From assembly GCA_964016885.1 (NCBI GenBank), contig OZ024748.1, positions 28,086,001 to 28,150,000 of the forward strand: a stretch of DNA of 64,000 nucleotides, in the 5' to 3' direction. The DNA is from Eledone cirrhosa. Its lineage: Eukaryota. The translations under genes were made by a program, and so were the position numbers. The notes below the pieces were generated by a model. The model was not told the DNA's origin. It searched no databases and was given only the letters and a program-made list of their open reading frames with translations. Shown here piece by piece: positions 1 to 10,984 of this stretch (positions are counted from its first letter, which is position 1; each line of letters opens with the position of its first letter).

Positions 1-550
1 AGGTGGGTACCGCCGGTAAGAGTGGTCCTGTCCTATCTTCGATTCCGAGATTTTTCACTATTTCGCATGCCTCATCATTGATGTGCTTAAGAGTTACTTC
101 ATTCGTTTTTCTATATTTTTTATGTAATTCTTTTCGAATGAAGTTGTTGTATGTAGTGCAATCCATAGTATACAGGTTTGATGTTTTGTCCGCTTTTACT
201 ACAATTCCTTTGGTGTTTTTAAGGTCGTCCAGTAGTTTTTTTATATCTTTCTGTAATTTGCGGTTGGTGCTGCGTCCTTTGAATTTAATTTTAAGGATTA
301 AGTTCATAAGGTCCTGCTCAAATGCATCTAATAGTGGGTTGGTGGGTGGGTTTTTACAAGTCCTAAAACCGAATTTGTTGTTTACACCACTTTCTAATGT
401 TGAGTTCATACGGCTTCTATCATAGTGGAGCGTTTTCCACCTGACACGTCGAATGAATTCATTAGTTTTTTTAATCATACTCAATAAATATTCCTTTCTA
501 CCTTGGGTTGGTATGTTTTTGAGTGACATATCCAGGTAGTGTTTTTCCAT
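1..550 (-). CDS. Penelope-like element (Naiad-type) ORF, N-terminal part upstream of the RT core; open through the left window edge
   Basis: Manual translation from the ATG at 550 (minus) reads MEKHYLDMSLKNIPTQGRKEYLLSMIKKTNEFIRRVRWK...NKFGFRT...DAFEQDL...IVVKADKTSNLYTM... with no stop for about 183 codons. SLKNIP, FIRRxRWK, FGF and ADKTSNLY are motifs of the PLE (Naiad-like) N-terminus. It is absent from the ORF track because no stop lies in the window. Confidence 0.8.
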   Translation of the reverse strand, partial: MEKHYLDMSLKNIPTQGRKEYLLSMIKKTNEFIRRVRWKTLHYDRSRMNSTLESGVNNKFGFRTCKNPPTNPLLDAFEQDLMNLILKIKFKGRSTNRKLQKDIKKLLDDLKNTKGIVVKADKTSNLYTMDCTTYNNFIRKELHKKYRKTNEVTLKHINDEACEIVKNLGIEDRTGPLLPAVPT

Positions 551-700
551 TGTTGTGGTTGCGTTTGCTGTGTGGGTTGCTCGACTTTACAGGAGGTAAA
601 TATACAGTATTTTCCGTTGTATTGTAATATAAATATTACACACAGTAGATTGACAGCTCACGTAGAGTTTGCTCGACGGTTCCAGTTGTAGTTCCAAAAG

Positions 701-748
<48 letters not shown>

Positions 749-774
749 GTGTGTGTGTGTGTGTGTGTGTATTT

Positions 775-975
775 TGTTTGACCCGTTTAGCTTGTTCGCT
801 TTTTTGGCTAAGGTGGTTAATGGCTTCTTAACCATCGTTTCAGTTTGTATGACCATTTTAACTTATGTTTATAGCTGTGGTATCTTCATATCCATGGACC
901 GTTTGTCTGCGCAATACAGAAGTTGCGTTTCGCCAATTTCTACCCGCCGAAATGCGATTCTCGCTAAATTTATAT
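775..975 (+). repeat. Dispersed repeat, divergent homolog of 26305-26495 (possible Helitron 3' portion)
   Basis: Shares TTTGACCCG, AACCATCGT and GAAAT.CGATTCTCGCTA.ATTTATATTT in the same order with 26305-26495; both copies end next to (TA)n. Confidence 0.5.
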
Positions 976-978
976 TTG

Positions 979-1052
<74 letters not shown>

Positions 1053-1080
1053 GTATGTGTGTATATATATATATATGTAT

Positions 1081-1515
1081 GATGGCTGCCCCCTCGTTAT
1101 CGAGTATGGCCATTGCATGATATACCATTATTAATAATTATTAATTAAGTCTATCGTGCAATGCCTGTGAGGAAAGTGAGGAAAGACTGTGCACTGAGCC
1201 AATCCCTTAGCGACAGTAGCTAAAACCCGAAAAGAAGAAAAGATCAACATCATCGGGAACTACTGAGCCGCAGGTTTTATATCGGAGTTATCCCAGTGTC
1301 CTGAGTTGCCTTCTCCTAGAAGACTGCCCTGACAAAGGCTAGGTGGGTCCTTCACTCCCAGTGGATTAACCACGCGATCGGGTATCCAGCCCGATTATTT
1401 CTATGTCCCCGCGCATATACATACACATGTATACATGTATATACACATATACATATATACACATGCATACATGTATATACATATTTACACATTTTTCGGT
1501 GGCCGTTGACTCTTA
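1081..1515 (-). mobile_element. RTE-related non-autonomous retroelement (family A), 5'-truncated
   Basis: Reverse complement aligns with 30715-31177, including the RTE 5'UTR-type motif GCCTTTGTCAGGGCA...CTAGGAGAAGGCAACTC, an internal AT/AC microsatellite and the 3' hairpin CTCG-ATAA-CGAG. Confidence 0.7.
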
Positions 1516-1519
1516 TGAG

Positions 1520-1569
<50 letters not shown>

Positions 1570-1572
1570 GGG

Positions 1573-1646
<74 letters not shown>

Positions 1647-1677
1647 TATGAAGTATTTCCGTAGGAAGGGTAAAGGA

Positions 1678-1777
<100 letters not shown>

Positions 1778-2119
1778 CGCGCACGTGCGCGCGTGTGTAT
1801 GTAATGAGTGAGTCTGAAAGTATGAATGATTGTGCGATCGTGTGTATAGGGAAACATATATGAGAAAGGAATGAGGGAGTTAAACCTAGTTAAGAACATA
1901 GACAAACCAAACTATTACTAAGATATACATTCATATATGTATGCATATATATGTGTGTGTGTGTGTTTGCAGGTTCATATATATATATGCATTTAAGCTG
2001 CAAGTATAACTTTCTCTCTGTTTTTACCTAGTTCGATTTATTTATAATTATTTGCTGTACTGTATTTGTTTTCTATTTGAAAGCATACGGGTAAAGTGCT
2101 TTTGGCAATAATATAATAA

Positions 2120-2222
2120 TAATTGTTTCTACTTTTGGCACAAGGCCAGCAAATTACCCAGTGTATTACTGGTACTTTATTTTATCGACCCCGTAAGGAT
2201 GAAAGGCAAAGTCAACCTCGGC
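2120..2222 (-). mobile_element. tRNA-derived SINE, 3' half
   Basis: Carries the core GCCTTTCATCCTTACGGGGTCGATAAAATAAAGTACCAG and the tail GGCCTTGTGCCAAAAGTAGAAAC on the minus strand; flanked by AATAAT. Confidence 0.85.
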
Positions 2223-2867
2223 AATAATCGTATAATAATAATTTGAATTTTCTACCAACGCGATTCCCTGTATTTGGTCAGACCTGGCTTATCTCTTCTT
2301 TCATTTGACGTCACGCGTCACTAGAGGGCTTACCTTCACTTGCAAACCAGAAAGACAAGATGGCATCTTGTCTTTCCTTAACAAAGAGGAGAAATCCCGC
2401 TAACGAAACGTCCCAAACGCCTAGCTTACGTAATGTGTACTATCACTACCTAACATGCTGCACATGGTTGCACCTTTCTGTGCACGACAAGCAGTTTGGG
2501 GCCGTGGAAACTGTTATAGCAGTCCGGGTACCATGTCATATTACCCTCACGAAGTTGTCTTCCTCACTGATTAACGAAAGTGTACACTCTGGCTAGCTGG
2601 GTTCGAATTTTAATAATTTGAAATTAGTTGTTCATCGAGTGGGGAAACGGCCGAAGTTATGTCTCTTCTCTTCGACTAGTGTAATTTATTTTTTAGCATA
2701 ATAGGATTTTGTATACATGTCTTTTTGGAAAATTCTTTCAAAGGGGTATGATACATAGCCTATTGTATTGCTTTTATAATAAATTTCTCTATTTTGAACT
2801 GTGTTTAACTTCACCTATATCTATAATTTTTATTATATTGTTTTTGTAAAAAACGATATCTTTTTCT

Positions 2868-3001
<134 letters not shown>

Positions 3002-3003
3002 AT

Positions 3004-3273
3004 CTTATACATATCACTGAAGGGTCGATAAAATATCGTTCCCTAGGGATATACACAACCTCAATAATCTTAAACATAAGGAACCTGACCAAAATCTCTT
3101 TTAATGATGACCATCTCAATCGATTGAAGTGGTCCGACTTATTTATTTTTCAATTCACAAACTCTTTTTGCGGTCAGGGATCTTGGTCAGGCTCCTTGTA
3201 TTTAAGTTGCTTGAGGTTGTGTATATCCCCAGGGAACGATATTTTATCAACCCATCAGTGATATGCATAAGAC
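3004..3273. repeat. Foldback element, ~93-bp imperfect inverted arms
   Basis: 3004-3097 is the imperfect reverse complement of 3178-3273. Confidence 0.75.
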
Positions 3274-3379
3274 ATTATACATATATATTTACTTCTCTGA
3301 ATAAGATAGTTTAACCATCTCTTTTTTCATTGAGATGTTATGCATATATGTAACAAATTTTAATTATGTATAAATAATA

Positions 3380-3567
3380 GTTTCTTCTTTTTGGCACAAG
3401 TCCAGCAATTATCCCAGTGCATTACTGGTACTTTATTTTATCGACCCCGTAAGGATGAAAGGCAAAGTTAACCTCGGCGGGATTTGAACTCAGAATGGCA
3501 AGGGCCGTAACTCCATGCGTCAAAGCATGGCGTCCGACCCTCTACCGATACTGCCAATCCACCGCCC
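3380..3567 (-). mobile_element. Full-length tRNA-derived SINE (octopus OK-like)
   Basis: A-box-like GGATTGGCAGTATCGG, B-box GAGTTCAAATCCC, the conserved core and tail; TSD TATAAATAATA on both sides. Confidence 0.9.
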
Positions 3568-3935
3568 TATAAATAATATATATGTGTGTGTGTGTTAAGT
3601 ATTTCTGTAGAAAAGGTAAAGGAAAGAAGAGTGCTCTATGTATAGTACAGAGCTATTTATATATATCAGTATGTTGAAGTATAATGATTGCGGGAATGAC
3701 AGGCTGACAGTGGAACACTCTTGATCTGGATTTCCAGAATCCAAGATGGTTCCTCACTTCAAACCTTACTCAAACTGTACACAGTATTTCAAGTTTCTAG
3801 TATACTTTTATCGCTGGATTGACAGAATCGTTGGAGCGTCAAATAAATGCTTTGTGGTATTTTTTGTGGCACTTTTCGTTCTCGGATATTGATAATGATG
3901 ATGATGATGTTGATGGTGTGAAGGTGAAGGTGATA

Positions 3936-3971
<36 letters not shown>

Positions 3972-4130
3972 GTAATGATGATGATGATGATGATGATGGT
4001 AATGATGATGTTTCTGTTACACCATAGTATTGCCTCTGAAGCAAATAGAAGTTGACACAATATATTTGTGTCTTCTATTCTGTGTGATATGTCATGTGGA
4101 ATGGTGTGATGATTGGTCTGTAGTTATTGT

Positions 4131-5455
4131 AATGGTGGTGGTGGTGGTGGTGGTGGTGGTGGGTGATGGTGGTGGTGGTGGTGATGGTGGTGATGGTGGT
4201 GGTGGTGGTGGTGGTGGTGATGGTGGTAGTGGTGGTGGTGATGGTGGTGGGTGATGGTGGTGGTGGTGGTGATGGTGGTAGTGGTGGTGGCGGTGGTGGT
4301 GGTGATGATGGTGGTGGTGGTGGTGGTGGTGGTGGTGGTGGTGGTGGTGGTGGTGGTGGTGGTGGTGGTGGTGGTGGTGGTGGTGGTGATGGTGGTAGTG
4401 GTGGTGGCGGTGGTGGTGGTGATGGTGGTAGTGGTGGTGGTGGTGGTGGTGGTGATGGTGGTGGTGGTGGTGATGGTGGTGATGGTGGTGGTGGGTGGTG
4501 GTGGTGGTGGTGGTGGTGATGGTGGTAGTGGTGGTGGTGATGGTGGTGGGTGATGGTGGTGGTGGTGGTGATGGTGGTAGTGGTGGTGGCGGTGGTGGTG
4601 GTGATGGTGGTAGTGGTGGTGGCGGTGGTGGTGGTGATGGTGGTGGTGGTGGTGGTGGTGGTGGTGGTGGTGGGTGATGGTGGTGGTGGTGGTGATGGTG
4701 GTAGTGGTGGTGGCGGTGGTGGTGGTGATGGTGGTAGTGGTGGTGGTGGTGGTGGTGGCGGTGATGGTGGTAGTGGTGGTGGTGGTGGTGGTGGTGATGG
4801 TGGTAGTGGTGGTGGTAGTGGTGGTGGCGGTGGTGGTGGTGATGGTGGTGGTGGTGGTGGTGGTGGTGGTGGTGGTGGTGGTGGTGGTGGTGGTGGTGGT
4901 GGGTGATGGTGGTGGTGGTGGGTGATGGTGGTGGTGGTGGTGGTGATGGTGGTGGTGGTGGTGATGGTGGTGGTGGTGATGGTGGTGGTGGTGGTGGTGG
5001 TGGGTGATGGTGGTGGTGGTGGTGGGTGATGGTTGTGGTGGTGGTGGTGGTGGTGGTGGTGGTGGTGGTGGTGGTGGTGGTGATGGTGGTGATGGTGGTA
5101 GTGGTGGTGGTGGTGGTGGTAGTGGTGGTGATGGTGGTGATGGTGGTAGTGGTGGTGGTGGTGGTGATGATGATGATGGTGGTGGTGGTGGTGGTGGTGG
5201 TAATGGTGGTGGTGATGGTGGTGATGGTTGTGGGTGATGGTGGTAGTGAAAGTGGTGATGGTGGTGGGCGATGGTTGAGGGTGATGGTGGTGGTGATGGT
5301 GGTGGTGGGGTTTGGTGATGGTGGTGGTGGGGTTTGGTGATGGTGGCGGTGGTGATGGTGGTGGTGATGGTGGGGGAGTGATGGTGGTGGTGATGGGGAG
5401 GGGGTGATATTGGGGGTGATGGTGATGGTGGGGGTGGGGGTGGCGGTGATGGTTC
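4131..5455. repeat. (GGT)n-rich complex microsatellite
   Basis: GGT/GAT/AGT triplet array with frame-breaking GGGT interruptions; the poly-Gly and poly-Val ORFs are artefacts. Confidence 0.95.
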
Positions 5456-6240
5456 TAGTGGTGTCAGTAATAGTAGTAGTTGTTTCTGTTGTCGTTTTAG
5501 TTGCTCTTACTGTTGTATTTTTGTTGTTGTTGTTGTAGTTGGTATGTATCCCAGCATGCCCCGCTCAAGGTAGATGATTGATCTGACGTAGAAAAGACGT
5601 CAAACAACGGATTAAAGAAAAAACAACTAAAATTATAAATTATTAAAAAAATATATTCAAAAACATAAAATATAAATGTGTTTGTGTGTGTATGTGTGTG
5701 TATATATGTGTTTCTGTGCATAAATATGTATATGTACATTTATATGTATATGTACATTTACATGTATATAATAATCATGAATAAAAGAGGTAAAATTTGT
5801 CTTTCACCCACTTCCCCACCCGGCACAGGTTGTTATGACAACTGTTTATTGATTATGAATAATAAAGTCATATTGAACAGCACCCCACCACCACCAACAC
5901 CACCACTAACAACAATAACACCCCATGATAACCTTCATAACCCTCCCCCACCATCATAACCCGCCTCCACCCCTACCACACCAACACATCCCCACAAGCC
6001 CCACCCCTCCAATAACAACGACATCACGATCACAACCACCATCAACACCACTATCAACATCTGCCTCCTCACCACCAACAACAACACCCCACCACCACAC
6101 TATTAGTAACAGCAACAACCCTCCTAATAAGAATAACTTGCCAACTAAGGAACTTCTCTGTAGTAACTGCGTCTGCTAGAAAAAATAGCCAAAGCTCTCT
6201 TAAAGCACACCCTACAGTCTATAAAAGGGGACACATTGAA

Positions 6241-6432
6241 TAATTGTTTCTACTTTTGGCACAAGGCCAGCAATTATCACAGTGTATTACTGGTACTTTA
6301 TTTTATCGACCCCGTAAGGATGAAAGGCAACGTTAACCTCGGCGGGATTTGAACTCAGAATGGCAAGGGCCGTAACTCTATACGTCAAAGCATGGCGCCC
6401 GACCCTCTACCGATACTGCCAATTCCCCGCCC
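6241..6432 (-). mobile_element. Full-length tRNA-derived SINE
   Basis: Same family as 3380-3567; TSD TTGAATA. Confidence 0.9.
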
Positions 6433-6792
6433 TTTGAATATTGTTGTCGGGATACACTATGCCAGAGAATAAAAGAGAAAAACAAGGAATGTCATGTGTG
6501 TGTAATGTTTGTAATGCTGGATCAAGGTGACCTAGGGCTAACCAACAACAACAACAATCCCACCAACAACAACGACTACCACCATCACCATTACGATCCC
6601 CAACACCACCAACAACAACACTACGCTCATCACCAATCATAACAACAATAAGACAACCACCACCACCACCACCACCACCACCTCCACCACCACCACTCAG
6701 TTCCACCCCCACACCCTGCCGTTGTCAATGGAGACAGTGTGATGAAGACAGGTAATCAGTATTTAATTCAGCGGGTGGACACGCCCTAGCAA

Positions 6793-7362
6793 TGGTGTTT
6801 GTAGTCGGGTGGTTAGTGGAGAAGTGGCTGTGTGGTGGTGAGATGATGGTGTGCTGTGGCCGGGTGGTGGTGTTTGTAGTCGGGTGGTTAGTGGAGAAGT
6901 GGCTGTGTGGTGGTGAGATGATGGTGTGCTGTGGCCGGGTGGTGGTGTTTGTAGTCGGGTGGTTAGTGGAGAAGTGGCTGTGGTGGTGGTGAGATGATGG
7001 TGTGCTGTGGCCGGGTGGTGGTGTTTGTAGTCGGGTGGTTAGTGGAGAAGTGGCTGTGGTGGTGGTGAGATGATGGTGTGCTGTGGCCGGGTGGTGGTGT
7101 TTGTAGTCGGGTGGTTAGTGGAGAAGTGGCTGTGGTGGTGGTGAGATGATGGTGTGCTGTGGCCGGGTGGTGGTGTTTGTAGTCGGGTGGTTAGTGGAGA
7201 AGTGGCTGTGGTGGTGGTGAGATGATGGTGTGCTGTGGCCGGGTGGTGGTGTTTGTAGTCGGGTGGTTAGTGGAGAAGTGGCTGTGGTGGTGGTGAGATG
7301 ATGGTGTGCTGTGGCCGGGTGGTGGTGTTTGTAGTCGGGTGGTTAGTGGAGAAGTGGCTGTG
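6793..7362. repeat. Minisatellite, ~75-76 bp unit, ~7.5 copies
   Basis: Unit GGTGTTTGTAGTCGGGTGGTTAGTGGAGAAGTGGCTGTG(GT)GGTGGTGAGATGATGGTGTGCTGTGGCCGGGTGGT, near-identical copies. Confidence 0.95.
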
Positions 7363-7614
7363 TGTTGGTAGAGTTTGGTGTGTAGATGGCTGTGTGGTGT
7401 TGGGTGTGATCGGGTGGTTAGTGGGGAGATGGCTGTGTGGAAGTGGAATATAGTGTAGGGTGTCGTGTAGTGGTCAAGTGACTGTGTGCTATAGTGTGGT
7501 GACGGTGTGTAGGGTGTTTGAGGTGTGTTAGATGGTGCTCAATGAAGAGGGATTTCAATAGAGTACAAATTGTTGAAGTAAATACTCACACGTACGTACA
7601 CAATATAGACTCAT

Positions 7615-7727
<113 letters not shown>

Positions 7728-7811
7728 TATATACATTACATACATATAGATAATATACAAACACATTTATAATATATGTATATGTGTATACATACACACA
7801 TACATACATAC

Positions 7812-8157
7812 AGCTGGGCTTCACAGAACCAGAAATAACACGACTAGTTAGGAAATTACAAGTACAATCCATTAACGGAACAGTAAAAAATGTAAAACAT
7901 TTACGAAATTCTGCATGTAATAACACCATATACACATGTACAGATACAAAACTTATGCACATGCACACATATAACTCAAAATATACACAACCACACATAT
8001 AATAAGATCCATACCTGCACACACACGCACGCATGGAGACATGCATACATATCTACCAAGTTGATGTTGCGTAAATTCCAATGAGAGAGTCTTGTATCCA
8101 TGTTAGAGACCGACTCTCTTTCTATTAGCAAAAATTTGTGAAATTATAAAACCAGAA
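7812..8157 (+). mobile_element. 3' end (ORF C-terminus plus 3'UTR) of an R4/Dong-like RLE LINE
   Basis: Encodes LGFTEPEITRLVRKLQVQSINGTVK, nearly identical to the reverse complement of 27715-28222; flanked by CATA repeats. Confidence 0.8.
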
Positions 8158-8167
8158 CATACATACA

Positions 8168-8464
8168 TGATGGCTGCAAACTTTGCTAAGAGCATTGCAA
8201 TCGCTTGTCAGATTATAGAGTTCGGTGCACTTTTAGGCTACAGCTATCCACATGAACCTGTAACAGATCCTGAACAAGCAATGCCTGTGCTTTGAAGGTT
8301 TTTAAGTGGGGAAAGGCCTTGCACGCGACCAATCCCACTCTTTGAGCATCAAAAACACTACCCGAAAAAGAGAACTGGTTAACATCATCGGATGCTGCGA
8401 AGCCGCAGGTTTTTTTTCAAAGTTTCCCTCTCCTTGAAAGGTGTTGTGACAACAACTGGAGGCC

Positions 8465-8465
<1 letters not shown>
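8168..8465 (-). mobile_element. RTE-related non-autonomous element, diverged
   Basis: Reverse complement has GGAGAGGGAAACT...CCTGCGGCT...CCGATGATGTT...GAGTGGGATTGG and ends GCAGCCATCATGTATGTATG like family A. Confidence 0.6.
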
Positions 8466-8495
<30 letters not shown>

Positions 8496-8544
8496 CATAC
8501 ATACATACATACATACATACATACATACATACATACATACATAC

Positions 8545-9080
8545 AAGGCACTTCGGAAAACAAAATTAACAACAAACGAGGAAGAATATATTGAGACAGA
8601 TGGCACTAAGGAATACTGGTGGAACCTGAAAATAAAAACTGCCACCAAATTAAAGCACAACCGGCCTGATATTGTAGTTTGGGACCACACATTGAAAACG
8701 TGTTCTGTTGTGGAGATCAGCTGCCCACTTGATGTAAACGTTGTCAGAAAAATACAGGAGAAGGAGGACATCTACGGACCATTGATGAGGAGCTTACAAA
8801 TCCAGTATCCAAGATACACCTTTAGCTTCATACCCATCATTATTGGTGCTACGGGTTATATACCAACCCGCTTGGACCAAAGTATGACCGAACTTGGATT
8901 TGCGGACAAAAAGCGCAGCTCCCTAATTCATAGTCTACAAATGGCTGCGATAGCTGGCACCTTCATAATATGCAAAACATTCTTGCGATTCAAGGGATGA
9001 CAATTTCTTTTCTTTTACAACCTTGCCACCAGGAAGGTGGCCGGTCAAAAAAATATACTCGAAATTAAGAGAAAGAGAAA
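8545..9080 (+). pseudogene. 5'-truncated R4/Dong-like LINE (second subfamily), restriction-like endonuclease domain plus 3'UTR
   Basis: ORF 8392-9000 after the microsatellite reads EYWWNLKIKTATKLKHNRPDIVVWD...VVEISCPLDVNVVRKIQEKEDIY, the RPD...E...K..KY RLE motif; (CATA)n on both sides. Confidence 0.85.
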
Positions 9081-9546
9081 ACATACATACATACATAAAA
9101 GCCATTTATTGTAATGGCTTACAATTTTAAAACGATATCTTACTTTCTTCTTCTTGCTTTTTTTCCTTCCTTTCTTTTTCATTCATGACTCACGTGGTAT
9201 GAGAGACACCAGACATTTTACCTAACACCACACAAAATTGTATGTGTTTTGTAGCTAAACGGCTATAAATTAAAGTTTTGTCTTTCGTCTCTTACTCCTT
9301 TGGACAGCGTTTGGCTTATGTCAGACGCTGTGACCCCGGATGGACCAGCAGTACCATTGGTAGGGGTCGAATGTCCGATGACCATGGAGTTCTGTATACT
9401 TCGTTCGTATATTTATTGTTAAAAATATTTGTATAAGGTTTCCCCTTTAAAAAGTTTTGGTTTTCGTTTTATTTTGTTTCCGTTCGTTGTCCTTTAATTT
9501 TCTTAAGTTTATGTGTGTGTGTAAGAGAGAGAGAGAGAGGAGAGAG

Positions 9547-9631
<85 letters not shown>

Positions 9632-9874
9632 TCTCGTCCATTTTATTCCTTTTCTCTTTTATTCCCATCACCTCTGCGGGCCAGCAGAATTAATTTCTCA
9701 TTAATTTCTGATTCTGTCCTCTGATGAAACACTAGCGTCCGAAATGTTATGACCCTCTTCCTGCTATTTCAAGCGTTAAAATAATATATTCCTTCCATGT
9801 ACTGTTCCGTTTGTTTTGTTATTTCTGTTTACCTTTTACACGCACACTCACACACGCATATACATATATTTATG

Positions 9875-9918
<44 letters not shown>

Positions 9919-9959
9919 AAAGTTCTATTTAAAATTGTTGGGATACAACAAGTAAATAT

Positions 9960-10298
9960 TTTATAACTGATATAAAGCACTCGACAAGTTTTTGGAGTAG
10001 ATATACGATATTAAATAAATGGAAACTATATTTATAAAACCATATTTATTTCATTATACATATTTCAGGGATACCAAATTAACTAATAAAATAATTATAA
10101 ACATCTCACTATCCAGACAGCTTCCAAAAATAAATGGTTGCATCTAATAGGGTACGTCAAAATTATTTATAAAACTGTTTATATATTGTATTTTGTCTGA
10201 TGAAGGCATACCATATTTTAATTTGGTATCCCTGAAATATGTATAATGAAATAAATATGGTTTTATAAATATAGTTTCCATTTATTTAATATCGTATA
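9960..10298 (+). mobile_element. Penelope pLTR-like fragment with inverted termini
   Basis: 10002-10082 is the reverse complement of 10218-10298; contains a hammerhead motif and a TCGAGTGCTTT motif (minus, ~9974); flanked by (TA)n. Confidence 0.65.
10189..10253 (+). ncRNA. Minimal type I hammerhead ribozyme
   Basis: TATTTTGT-CTGATGA-AGGCATACCA..TGGTATCCCT-GAAA-TATGTATA-ATGAAATA: both core boxes, stem II, a near-palindromic stem III and stem I complementarity. Confidence 0.65.
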
Positions 10299-10984
10299 TA
10301 TATATATATATATATTAAAAGTGACAAAGGTACTGTGTGGTTGCTAATAAATATTATTTAGAAAACGTAAGAGAAACACAAACATAAGGACAATTCCGCC
10401 CATCGGCTGTCTGTTGTGGGTCGCTGATGTTTCGTTGTATTAAAGACAGTACATCTCACCATAGTGCGTTGATAACTAAGAGGAATAGTTATCCGGGAAT
10501 AAAACAACAACAAAAAAACAGACACGATAGCGAAGAGAACGACAAAAAAAGAAAATAAACAAAAGAAAAACATACCGATAGAGGGGGGGGGTACACGAGA
10601 CAGTAGTACATGATATATACAATAAGAACAAACTGGAGGTGTTACATAGGAGATTTATTGCTCAATCCTGGTTACAAATGTTTCCCAAGCAGCCGGCTCG
10701 TGGTCTGGGTTGGCACCCACATACCAGACCCCAAGTCTGCCTGATCCTCAGACCAGTGTTAACACAACAAACATCACATCAAATCTGTGGATGAACCAGC
10801 CAGACACAAACAAACCTATAGAATGACCAATCAGGGGCCTAGAATCCAACAGACGCACGTATCATGAGCATTACAAGAAAAACAGGTTTCGTTTTTGTTT
10901 ATACCGGTTTTTCCTTGTAATGCTCGGGATACGTTGAATCTAGGCCCGTGATTGGTCATTGTCTTGTCCTTCCTTTGTTAATTT

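Noticed and set aside
3-425. 140-aa plus-strand ORF
   Set aside because: Antisense shadow of the minus-strand Penelope ORF.
3480-3567. Functional tRNA genes at SINE heads
   Set aside because: A/B boxes are present but there is no full cloverleaf, and they are fused to SINE bodies with TSDs.
4030-5340. Poly-Gly/poly-Val ORFs as structural proteins
   Set aside because: Single-codon (GGT)n slippage with repeated frame-breaking interruptions.
10640-10770. Possible solo LTR (TGTTACA...TGTTAACA)
   Set aside because: Too short, no convincing TSD and no second copy in the window.
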